The position numbers and the translations under genes are program-made. Positions 53,416 through 64,000 of a DNA stretch of 64,000 nt are shown piece after piece (the stretch's first letter is position 1; each line of letters begins with the position of its first letter). Location: the NCBI RefSeq assembly GCF_000315625.1, contig NW_005434578.1, positions 173,045 through 237,044 of the forward strand, given 5' to 3'. This DNA comes from Guillardia theta CCMP2712. Taxonomy: Eukaryota > Protista > Cryptophyta. Under the pieces are notes generated by a model. The model was not told the DNA's origin. It searched no databases and saw only the letters and a program-made list of their open reading frames with translations.

Positions 53416-55052
53416 AGCAAAGAAGCAAGGAAGGAAGGAAGGAAGGAAAGAAAGCAGGGGAAGAGACTCAGACCGGTGGAGGTACTGGGAGTGCACCAGA
53501 ACGTCTTGCTCGCTCTTGTCGTCCCGCAACTCGTTGGCCCTACAGCCGTGGAGTGGGACGGGGCAGCAGGGAGGAAGCTGGGCTACCTTCTGGTCATGTC
53601 GTCGTCGTTGATGACGTGTCCTCTTGTCGTCGGACTCCATACGCTCTCCGAGGACAGCATTGTCTTCATCTCGTCCGCCGACACGTGCACGTGCGTCTCG
53701 TCGCAGCCCCCGCCATGCCCAGGCCTGACGGCAGCCTGTCAGCGCCCGCACGGGCCCTTCCTCCAGTTCCTGTCCAGCTGCTGCAGGACTTGTTCGAGCG
53801 TCGGGTCTTGATTTCCCTGCGTCAAACCTGTCAGAGGGAGGAGCAGCTCAGCTGGCTGACCTGCTGGTGCAGCCTGATCATGTTCTTAGCTATGCGCTTG
53901 AGAATAGCGGTCTGACAGCGCCGTCAGGAGCGGGAGTACACGATGGAGCAGGAGCAGGAACTAGTAAAGAGGAACAGGCGGTGGTTGAGAAGGAGGACGA
54001 GGACGAGGGAAAGGAGGGGTTCAAGTGGTGGTGGTGGAGGAGGAGCAGGAGGAGGAGCAGGAGAGCAGCTGTCCAGTCTACCTTCCCCGAGCCAGGCACT
54101 CCAACAATGAAAATCAGGAGGCGAGGGGTTGAGAGATCGACACGAGAGGGTCCGGCAGCACACTCGCTCTCCTTCCTCTCCTCCCGACTTGCCGTCCCCC
54201 GTTCTACCGCATGCAAAATTCCTGCATGCAACCTGCCAGGCCACATCACCACCCCTGCTCTTGCCCGCGCAAGTACCCCTCACGTGCTCCTCGTCGTCGT
54301 GAACTCTCGACAGGTCCACTCGTGACTTGGGCAGCACCTGCACTTAGGCGTCAGAGGAGGAGGGCGGGACGTACAAGAGCCTACGGGCGCCATGGACGGC
54401 TGACATGAAGGAGAAGGAGAAGATGCGTGAGTTGCGAGTCATGGCGCAAGATAAACTTACAGTCCATGGGTTTCACAATGCCTCATGATGCTGAGTAAAT
54501 GACGTAAGTAACCTGCAAGGTAGAAACGCAGCAAGTTGGAGGACAGGAGCAGCAGAACCAAGAACCAAGCAGCAGCAAGCATCGTCATCATCAGAAAAGA
54601 AGAAGAAGGAGAGGAGGAGGAGGAGGAGGAGGAGGAGGAGGAGAAGGATGGCGGTGGTGGTGACGGTGGTGATGGTGGTGGTGGTGGTGGTGGTGGTGGT
54701 GATGATGATGATGGTGATGATGATGGTGGTGGTGGTGATGATGAAATCCCACCTGTCCTTGAGAACTTCGGCATGTTCTCTTGTCCATGGAGTATCGTAG
54801 GGAATGGAGTCGACGCTCTCCCTGGTGTGTACGTTAATCTTGATCGGCAAGGTCAGCAGCAGCCGCAAGGAACCTCCAAAGCAGACATGCATCTTCCGCT
54901 CTTGTTGTGTTGTGGTAAGGACATGTTTGCTCGTCTGAACGAGAATCTTCATGTAAAGAATGAGATGAAACTGTTGCAACTCCCCCTTGCTCCGATCGCC
55001 CCACGGCAATGACGGCAAGCAGGGTCAAGGAGCAGAGGAGCTTTCCCATCAT
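52500..55052 (-). CDS. Signal-peptide-bearing zeta-toxin-like / AAA_33-type P-loop kinase, multi-exon
   Basis: MMGKLLCSLTLLAVIAVG signal peptide; PRLLIFIVGVPGSGK|T Walker A across an intron; VSADEMK and VINDDD; MVMEKT; FKVVILAAEAELDTCLR; 3' end approximate. Confidence 0.55.
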
Positions 55053-55102
55053 GTGAGGACGAGTCATCATGTGAGGACGAGTCATCATGTGAGGACGAGT
55101 CA
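55047..55102. repeat. 18-bp tandem repeat x3 at the start codon
   Basis: CATCATGTGAGGACGAGT occurs three times. Confidence 0.9.
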
Positions 55103-55149
55103 GCCACCGCCATCGCTCATAGCTCATCGCTCATCGCTCATCGCTGAAC

Positions 55150-55570
55150 CCGAGCCCGCCCCCGGTAACTTATAAGTGCTTTTTAGGGTCGTGCCGGATT
55201 CCGAGGCGGCTCGCCGCCGTCCCGCCGGGATCGGATCGGGCTTCGGACTCCGGGATATGATGCCGGCCCGGGGCCGGAGTCGGCCGGCGGCCCGCCGGGC
55301 TCCGGCCCGGGGCTCGGCGGCCTTGCCAGTGGGTCGCCGGACCTGGCCAGTGTCGGCCGGCCGGGAACTCACGGCCCTGCCGCGCTGCCAGTCTGAATTA
55401 TAAGTGAATGTCGCCGGCCGGGCGGCGCCGTCCGACCACTGTCATGGAGTCCGTGCCGAGCTTGACCATGTGACTATCTGAGCGGCCTAGTAACTAGTAA
55501 GAACTCGGGCGACTAGCGACTCCTTGGGAAGGGGTCCTCGGATCCGTCTAGTCGCCGTGCCGTGACCCGC
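55150..55570. other. GC-rich micro-duplication island 5, upstream of the P-loop kinase gene
   Basis: GGATCGGATCGG, CCGGCCCGGGGCCGG, CTAGTAACTAGTAA at 55487. Confidence 0.55.
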
Positions 55571-55744
55571 GAGCTGCCGCGGATATGGATGGAAGGAAAT
55601 TCCCCGTTTAAAGCTGAACTTAGCACTAAAAGCAGTTTTAGCAGGCTCATGACAGATCTTCGAAAAGGAATCTTTTCAGTGCTAGTCCTCGTGATAGGCT
55701 GAGAAGCCTTACAGCCCTTCCTCAGCGGCACTTTGTGCAAACCG

Positions 55745-56603
55745 CTAAGGTGAGGGCCTAGTCTGTTTCCATTGAGACAGACTCGAGAGAAGTCTAAACT
55801 AGTGGGGGGCCTGGTACAACTTCTTGCGGCCTTTACAGCACACGGTGCATCCTGTCATCCCGTGGAAGCCTTCGAACTCTCGGAACATTGCAGAGCTTGC
55901 CACCAAACCCACGACGCCCCTCCCTCCCTCCCCTCCGTTCCCGTCAACACCTTCCCTCCCTCCCTCCTACGTCAACACCTTCCCTCCCTCCCTCCTACGT
56001 CAACACCTTCCATCCCTTCCTCCTACGTAAAGGCCTTCCATCCCTTCCCTTCGCTCCCTCCCTCCCACCTCACCGCCTTCCTTCCCTCCTTCCTACATCA
56101 ACACCCTCCCTCCCTCCCTCCCTCCCTCCCTTCCCTTCGCTTCCTCCCCTCCCTTCCCTCCCTCCCTCCCTCCCTCCCTTCTTCCCGCCTCTCTCCACGC
56201 GCTGAGACATTCATGATGATCCGCGAGATCAGCTTCCAGTTCGAGCGACGCAAGCCAACCCCCGTTCTCCGCCTCACCCCCTACAGCGACACACCCTCCG
56301 ACTCCACGCCCTCCCGCGACCAGACCAGACCCCCAGGAAGCGCCCAACCTCTGCCCTGCCTCCTCCAATCCGAGCGTGAGAGTCGTGGTTGTGTCCGATG
56401 GGAGCGAGTGCCTGCACAGCGTGATGCGAGCGAGAGTCAAGGCGCAGGCTCGCGATCGAGCTCGAGCGAGCATGCCGCAAGCTTGAAACAAACAAGCGAG
56501 GAAGCTTAGGGAGCGTGACACTATACTTTGTAACACATCTGCTTTGTTTTTGTAAATAGGGATGAGAGTGGTAGTGAGAATACACGAAGATGCAAGTCTA
56601 CTA
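55745..56603. repeat. ~0.9-kb dispersed repeat, copy 1 (hairpin, CGTCAACACCTTCCCTC minisatellite, conserved 3' half)
   Basis: Homologous to 57612-58509; 56185-56603 is nearly identical to 58090-58509. Confidence 0.85.
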
Positions 56604-57259
56604 CTATCTGCCTTCTGCTGGATAGGTTGGTTGCCGTATCTTTTGTGCCAACAAGCTTGTCTGACCATGAGACGGACATTTGACTGCATCACTCGAGGAG
56701 ACTTCTGAGCTGCTGACCCTCTGTTCATATCCCCCCTGCTCGATCTGTGCAGGAGCAGAAGCTTGTGAAAGCGAAAGTGCAAGCATGAGGCGAGTCTGCT
56801 CATGCAACAAGGAGCACGAGCACACGTCCATCCCTCAGCCTGTATGACGATCAGCCTCTTGAGCTAGAAGGGCCTTTTCTCTCCTCACATCGTATGGCAC
56901 GCTCGTCTAGCATTACTCAACTTGTCGGATTGCGATCATCAAAGAAACCAGGCTCACGTCTGTCATTGGTGATCATATCCTCCTCTTTCTCGTCTTCACT
57001 GCCGCGAGTCTCTCGGGATTGACCTGTTTCTCAATCTTCTGTTTTACTTGCTCGATCTTATCCTCTTCCTCTTTAATCTTCTATCTTTAGATCCTTCTCA
57101 ATGAGGATTGCTTGTAAATACTATGATACTTGAAAGTTGATTTATCTGAGTCTTCAAGTTCAGCCTTCACTAGCATGGCCTTGTCCCACTGATGCGGCTT
57201 GTTGGTATCACTTCTACTTGACGATATCCCAACGCTACTATACGAGCCTTGAATTCACA

Positions 57260-57510
57260 ACAACGGGAGTCCTGCCGCGGCGCGGAGCCTTTGAGAGCGG
57301 CCTTACCGTATGGTCCGCCCGGCCTGCAATCACTGAGTGCCCGGCCCGGCCCCGGCGCCAACGAGTCCGGGCCGAGTCACTTAGTAACTTGAAGAGCCAC
57401 TGCCATCGTACGGCCGGTGTGCCCGATCGGACGGGGCGGCGACGAGACTGGGGAACCGGGTAGACATACTTTACTCACAGATCGGGATGATCACGTCAGC
57501 CTCCGGCTGT
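57260..57510. other. GC-rich micro-duplication island 6
   Basis: GCCCGGCCCGGCCCCGG, TACTTTACTC and similar words. Confidence 0.45.
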
Positions 57511-57611
57511 CACGCTGTCACAGGAGCTTGTAAGCCCTCCATGAGCTCCCTTGGGACACATTTCTAAAAGTATTCTAGCTGAAAGCGTGACAGCTGCTCG
57601 AAGATCGCCCG

Positions 57612-58509
57612 GCAAGGTGAAGCCCTCGTCTGTTTCCATTGAGACAGACTCGAGAAATGTCAGACCTAGTGGGGGGGTCTTACACCTTCTTGAAGCCTTG
57701 AAGGAAACCATATCCATTGGGCTCTGCGACCCTTCTATCTTGCCCCGGTACCCTAAACTTTCCTCCCTCCCACGTCAACACCTTCCCTCTCTCCCTTCCT
57801 CCCACGTCAACACCTTCCCTCTCTCCCTTCCTCCCACGTCAACACCTTCCCTCCCTCCCTTCCTCCTACGTCAACACCTTCCCTCCCTTCCTCCCTTCCA
57901 CCCTCCCTCCCACGTCAACTCCTTCCTTCCCTCCCTCCCACATAAAGGCCTTCCCTCCCTCCCTCCCTCCCTCCTCACCGCCTTCCTTCCCTCCCTCCTA
58001 CATCAACACCTTCCCTCCCTCCCTCCCTCCCTTTCCCTTCCCTTCCCTTCCCTTCCCCTTCCCTTCCCTCCCTCCCTCCCTCCCGCCCGCCTCTCTTCAC
58101 GCGCTGAGACATTCATGATGATCCGCGAGATCAGCTTCCAGTTCGAGCGACGCAAGCCAACCCCCGTTCTCCGCCTCACCCCCCTACAGCGACACACCCT
58201 CCGACTCCACGCCCCTCCCGCGACCAGACCAGACCCCCAGGAAGCGCCCAACCTCTGCCCTGCCTCCTCCAATCCGAGCTTGAGAGTCGTGGTTGTGTCC
58301 GATGGGAGCGAGTGCCTGCACAGCGTGATGCGAGCGAGGGTCAAGGCGCAGGCTCGCGATCGAGCTCGAGCGAGCATGCCGCAAGCTTGAAACAAACAAG
58401 CGAGGAAGCTTAGAGGGAGCGTGACACTATACTTTGTAACACATCTGCTTTGTTTTTGTAAATAGGGATGAGAGTGGTAGTGAGAATACACGAAGATGCA
58501 AGTCTACTA
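57612..58509. repeat. ~0.9-kb dispersed repeat, copy 2
   Basis: Homologous to 55745-56603, with a different minisatellite copy number. Confidence 0.85.
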
Positions 58510-58799
58510 TCTTGTTGTAAACGTGTGGCTGAGCATATCTTGACCTGTCGAGACCCGCGTCACCTCACTGGCCCCCAAGGCGTCAGCAACTGACATGAAG
58601 TGTGATGGACTGCTTGAATGCTCTGCCAGATATCACATGCTCTCCCTCGCTTTCCGTCCTTCCGTTCCTCCGTTCCTCCGTCCTTGTCGCTCTCCCTTCT
58701 CTCACACCAGGCTGTCTCCGTCTCTCCTTCTATCCGTCTCCCCGTCTCACTGTCTCTCCGAGGCTTCCTTTCTCCCTCTCTCTCAGTAAGCCGGGGGTG

Positions 58800-58940
58800 T
58801 CTGTGTTGGTGTTTTCATAGTTGTATTGGTGTTTTCATAGTTGTATTGGTGTTTTCATAGTCTTGTATTGGTGTTTTCATAGTCTTGTATTGGTGTTTTC
58901 ATAGTCTTGTGTTGGTGTTTTCATGGTCTTGTATTGGTTC
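58800..58940. repeat. 20-22-bp minisatellite GTATTGGTGTTTTCATAGT(CT)T
   Basis: About 6 copies. Confidence 0.9.
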
Positions 58941-59139
58941 TCCAAGTATTGTGTCAGTCTTTTCGAGTCTCTCTGTCTACCTGATGCCATGTTGGAGTAC
59001 TTGGGCTTCAAACGGAGAGTCAGTTCTCAGTGCGCGGAGAGCCAAACTACCATGAGGCACCTGAGAGCGGCATGGCAGCGAGTCATCGATGATTCATGGC
59101 TGCCAAGACTTGAATCAATGGTTCGGATGCCGAGCCTGA

Positions 59140-59850
59140 CTCTTGTCTGAGCGCCGGCGGTCACCAGTGGCGCGCGGCTCCGGGCCGAGTCCGCCGCCGC
59201 CGGGCCCGGTGGCCGAGGCTCCGAGCGACTGACGACAGTGACTCGTGAAGGTATCAGTTAAGTTTGGGGGACAGCAGTCGGCAGGATTGGGTTTGGTTCT
59301 CGCTGTCTTTCTCTTCTCGCCGTTTGGCCTGTGCGACAGTAGCGTCACAGCCACGGTCAAACCTCCGAGGCTCCGGGCCTCGTCTCTCCTGATTGTCCTG
59401 GTACTGATTTTTAACTTAACTTTGAGTAAAGACGACCGTGACTGACATCAAGTAGTCCGGGAGTCCGAAGGTAACTTGCCTCCCGGAGTCCCGGAGTCAG
59501 GGCGGCCCCGGCCCCGCCGGCCCCCGCTGGGGTGGCACTGGGCGTCATGCCGTCGGCGAACTTGCCGGGCGGGCCGAACGCCGGGTCGGACCGTCGGAGT
59601 CCCGGCGGGGCCCGGTACCGTACTCAGACGCGTGACCGTACGTACCGTCGGCGTCGGTACGGTAAAATCCGAAACCGTTCGCGGGGCTGGTAGGACTCAG
59701 TAATGATGATCCGGCGGTACCGTGCCGCTGCCGCGCCTGCGGCCCGCCACTCACTGATCCGATCAGGCTCAGCTGGCCGACCGTCCGACGCCGCCGTTGC
59801 TGAGCTGAGCGGCCCCGGGCCCGCCCCGGGTCCCGGACCCTCGGTGTAAC
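59140..59850. other. GC-rich micro-duplication island 7
   Basis: TAACTTAACTTTGAGTAAA at 59412-59430; CCGGAGTCCCGGAGTC; CCGTACGTACCG. Confidence 0.6.
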
Positions 59851-60353
59851 GGCACAAGGAATTTAGAAGTAAAAGGACTGATAACCGTCGAGTCAAAGAC
59901 CAACTGTTACACCTTCCGTTGATGCAGATGATGCGGGGAGGCAGGAGTGAAAAAGGAGAGGAGAGGAGAGAGGAAGAGGAGGCAGGAGGATGACAGGAGA
60001 GCTGAGATGAACAGAAGAAAGGCTCAGACAAAAGACGAGAAGAGAAGAGCGGAGAAAGGGAGGGGAGGGGAGGGGAGGGGACGTGAGGAGAGGCTACGAG
60101 TGGTAACAACAAGGACAGAGGACAGAGGGAAGGCACGGAATGAGGAATGGAAAGAAATGAAGAGGTTGAATGAATGTGGCTTGTTGTGGATTGGTGAAAA
60201 GTAGATATTACAGGATAGGAAACCGAGACAGGAATGGGTTGAATCGAGTGAAGTTTGTGCCGTATCTCATGTTCATCTTCTTGTCTGAACAGATTTGAAT
60301 CTGCTGAAGCAGCTGCAGTCCTCTCCTAGTCTTCGCTGAATATTCGAGATCAA

Positions 60354-61795
60354 GTGTGGACCAACAAGTCAGCGAATGATGCAGAGAGAGCAACAAGGGC
60401 GATAGAGGAGGAGCTTGTCGCAATGAGTGGTGAAGACGGGTCGGCAGGGGAGGAGGCGCAAGGGGAGCAGATTGAGGGAGGAGAGACGAAAGAGATCGAG
60501 ACTTTCTCTTCGGATGGTGACGGGCAGAGCATGCGAGAGTCGCGATCAAGGAGGAGTTTCAGGCCTCGGTCTACCAACGCCTACTCCTCTGCCTCTACCC
60601 TCTCCAACTCGATGCACTTTGACTTCCCTAACAACATCTCTCGCGCTTCCCTCGTCTCTGCCAGCGGCAGCACCTGCTCCCGGTCCGGGCTCAAGGAGCT
60701 GCGACATGCCCGGCAACACACGGAGGACGCGTACAAGGTGAGAAGTTGCGTGATGATGCGAAAGTGTGAAATGGCTGGAAGATGCTCAAGAGCAGACTGG
60801 CAAAGCTTGCGTTCGAGGAGCAGAGGGCGGTGAAGGTGGCGGAGATCAGCAAGCAGCGAGCGCAGGAGATCGGGAGGCTGCGGGCGCAGATCGAGGAGAG
60901 GAGGCGGTTGAAGGAGAAAGAGAAGGCACAGAGGAGGAAGCAACTGCAGCTGGAGATCGAGGCGAAGGCGAACGAGAAGAAAGAGCGTCAGATGAGCATC
61001 CGAAACCTGCGGGACTCGCTGGTGATGAGCAGGCAGGAGCTGGCGAGCAAGGTCAGGCAGGAGAAGAAGGTGAGGAGAGGTACTGCTGGTCTCGTCAGGC
61101 TGAGAGTGGAGCAGGAGAACGAGAGGGAGAGGGAGGAGATCGCTCGGCGGGTCCTGGAGGACAAGAAGAAGTTGAAGATGTCAGTGGCGGAGATGTCATC
61201 GGGGAAGGGCCAGTACGAGAGGAGGAAAGCAATCGCGCAGAAGCACAACATGGCGGACTTGGTGTACCAGGACAAGCTGATCCAGGAGGAGCAGGAAAGG
61301 AGCAGAATGAATCGACTCATTCTCGAACTGCAGGAGCAGGAGAAGTACGCCCTCACCTCCCTCTCTTCCTCCCTCGTCCCTTTCCCCGAACCCCCCTTCC
61401 TTCCTCCTTGTCCTCCCTCCTCCCTCCTCCCTCCTCCTCCATTTCTTCCCTTTCTCCCCCCCCTCTCCTCCCTCCTCCCTCCTCCCACCTCCCTCCTCCC
61501 TTCTCCCTCCTCCTTTCTCCCCGCCGATCTTCTACCTTGCATGACCCTCATTGTACCGTTGAGCTACCTCATCTGCTCTTTGCTGCCGTCCCCTTCCTCG
61601 CATAGCATTCCACAAACTCTTACTACCCCTGCCTCTTCCTCTGCCTCTGCCCCCTGCCTCTCTCGTCTCTTCTCTCCTCCTCCTCTCCCCCGCGTCTCCT
61701 CTCACTCTCACCTCAGGATCATGCTGCAACGGGTGGCGAAGGCGCAGGAGATGCAAGTGAAGGCGCTGATCGTCCTCAAGGACTCGCTCATGTGA
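60354..61795 (+). CDS. Uncharacterised coiled-coil protein (multi-exon; start uncertain)
   Basis: ELRHARQHTEDAYK|MLKSRLAKLAFEEQRAVKVAEISKQRAQEI...; short GT-AG introns; ends IVLKDSLM*. Confidence 0.6.
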
Positions 61796-61924
61796 GCAGC
61801 AGGATGAGGAGAGAGGAAGAGCACTTGATGAGGGGAAGAGACGAGTCGGGGTGGGATGAGGGGAGGAGGAAGGAAAACGGAGGAGCAGCAGGAGCAGCAG
61901 GAGCAGGAGCCAGGAGCCAGGAGC

Positions 61925-62009
<85 letters not shown>

Positions 62010-62055
62010 GGATTGGGGGAGGTTAGGAAGGGATGAGGAGGAACCTGAGGATTTA

Positions 62056-63505
62056 CTAGCTATCAGTAAAGAAGAGACGAACAAGAGTTGCGAGCATCGC
62101 AACGAAGAAGAGGATGTAGAGCTTGAGCAGCTCCTCCTTCTCCTTCCTGACCCCATCCGTGAACCCTTTCAGATCCTCCCGCCTTTGCTTCCTGATCTCA
62201 TGCGCAAGCTGCTTCGCCTGCTCGCAGCCTTCAGCGTATCCACTCTCCTCATCTCATCACTCTCCATCTTCCTCCTCCTCAACTCCCCATCGTTCACTCT
62301 CCCTCCTCCCCGTACCACTCCTCCTCCTCCTCCTCCTCCTCNNNNNNNNNNNNNNNNNNNNNNNNNNNNNNNNNNNNNNNNNNNNNNNNNNNNNNNNNNN
62401 NNNNNNNNNNNNNNNNNNNNNNNNNNNNNNNNNNNNNNNNNNNNNNNNNNNNNNNNNNNNNNNNNNNNNNNNNNNNNNNNNNNNNNNNNNNNNNNNNNNN
62501 NNNNNNNNNNNNNNNNNNNNNNNNNNNNNNNNNNNNNNNNNNNNNNNNNNNNNNNNNNNNNNNNNNNNNNNNNNNNNNNNNNNNNNNNNNNNNNNNNNNN
62601 NNNNNNNNNNNNNNNNNNNNNNNNNNNNNNNNNNNNNNNNNNNNNNNNNNNNNNNNNNNNNNNNNNNNNNNNNNNNNNNNNNNNNNNNNNNNNNNNNNNN
62701 NNNNNNNNNNNNNNNNNNNNNNNNNNNNNNNNNNNNNNNNNNNNNNNNNNNNNNNNNNNNNNNNNNNNNNNNNNNNNNNNNNNNNNNNNNNNNNNNNNNN
62801 NNNNNNNNNNNNNNNNNNNNNNNNNNNNNNNNNNNNNNNNNNNNNNNNNNNNNNNNNNNNNNNNNNNNNNNNNNNNNNNNNNNNNNNNNNNNNNNNNNNN
62901 NNNNNNNNNNNNNNNNNNNNNNNNNNNNNNNNNNNNNNNNNNNNNNNNNNNNNNNNNNNNNNNNNNNNNNNNNAGGGAGGGAGGGGGTGGGGGAATGAGA
63001 GGCAAGGGAATAGGAGCAGGTGGGAGTGGTTATAGTAGAGAGGACAAGGAGCAGAAACGATAACAGGAGCTGGGAAGGGAAAAGGAGGAGAAGGAGGAGG
63101 AGGAGGAGGAGGAGGAGGAGGAAGAGAAAAGGAGGGAGAAGAGAAGCAGGAGGAGGAGGAGACCTTGGGGTCGACGGTCCACCAGTCTGTGGTTGGCTGA
63201 TCGAGGTTGACAGACATGAAGAGGACAGGAGATTCTCTTTGCCGCAGAAACCTGGAGGAAAAATCATCCCATGCTCTCATCAACTGCTGGTGCTGGTGCT
63301 GGTGCTGGTGCTGGTGCTGGTGCTGGTGCTGGTGCTGGTGCTGGTGCTGATGATGGTGGTGGTGGTGGTGGTAGTGGTGGTGGTGGTGGTGGTGCTGCTG
63401 CTGCTGCTTTCCTCTGCTCTCCCCCTCTGCCTCCTCACTCACGGTGCTTTGTTCATCGCAAGCGCGAAGACGGAGCCGTAGTAGTCGACAGGAACTTTAC
63501 CTAGG
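62056..63505 (-). CDS. 3' exons of a membrane-anchored protein, possibly patatin-like; 5' part lies beyond the window
   Basis: Exons LGKVPVDYYGSVFALAMNKAP, LMRAWDDFSSRFL..DWWTVDPK and SGYAEG...LYILFFVAMLATLVRLFFTDS* (C-terminal TM); spans an N-gap. The family assignment is weak. Confidence 0.4.
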
Positions 63506-64000
63506 ACAAGGTGAGTGGTGGAGCATCGAGAAACGACCAAGAGGGTCGGAGAGAGAAGTGGGGATGAGAAGAAGGAGGAGAGGGAGAGGAGGGAGAGGAG
63601 GAGGACAGGAAGGAGGTGGTAGGAAAGGACGAAAAGGAGAAAGAGATCAAAAAGGAAAAGTGATAAGGGTGGTAAATGGAGGAGCGCAAGGAAGGAGGAG
63701 AAAACACAAAAAGAAGGACAGGGGGAAAGACAAGGAGAGGATGGAGAGGAGAGGATGGAAGGGGAGAGGAATTGGGGAGAGGAGAGGAGGCGCAGCAGAG
63801 GGTTTAGGGGAGAGGAGAGGGATGAGGAGAGAGGAGGAGGAGAGGGATGAGGAGAGGGATGAGGACAAAGGAGGAGGAGAAAGGAGGAGGAGGATAAAGA
63901 GGAGGAGAGAGACCAGGAGAGAGCTCTGGAGGAAAGGGAGGACGAACGGATAGAGACGACGATAGAGACGAGAAGAGAGCGGAGAAGAGAGAGTCTGACA

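Noticed and set aside
55760-55804. Hairpin followed by CTAG-T resembling a Helitron 3' end
   Set aside because: Homology between the two copies continues far beyond the CTAG, so it is not the element boundary.

Overview
This is eukaryotic nuclear DNA. It has many short GT-AG introns, introns swollen with (CCT)n/(CTCTC)n/(CCTGCT)n microsatellites, and N-gaps at 13581-13680, 18543-18642, 41921-42020 and 62342-62973. The style fits a cryptophyte alga such as Guillardia theta, but that is inference only. Recognisable genes: a Crinkler (CRN)-type NTPase + restriction-endonuclease-fold protein with a signal peptide and a modular repeat array; CCDC112-like; several coiled-coil proteins, one with 3 x 387-bp repeats; a conserved plant/algal single-pass membrane protein; a TKL-like kinase ending in CaaX; a FYVE-only microprotein; an SLC35A nucleotide-sugar transporter head-to-head with a GH116 glucosylceramidase-like gene; a CDF/SLC30 zinc transporter; ODR-4; and a signal-peptide zeta-toxin-like P-loop kinase. 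The most unusual non-coding signal is seven GC-rich intergenic islands built from short direct and inverted micro-duplications. Four of them share a TTTGAGTAAA motif. One contains a 28S rRNA fragment in which nearly every deviation from the conserved rRNA sequence is a 3-5 bp local duplication, which points to a localised duplication-generating process. Gene models were spliced by eye, so exon boundaries and some ends are approximate.
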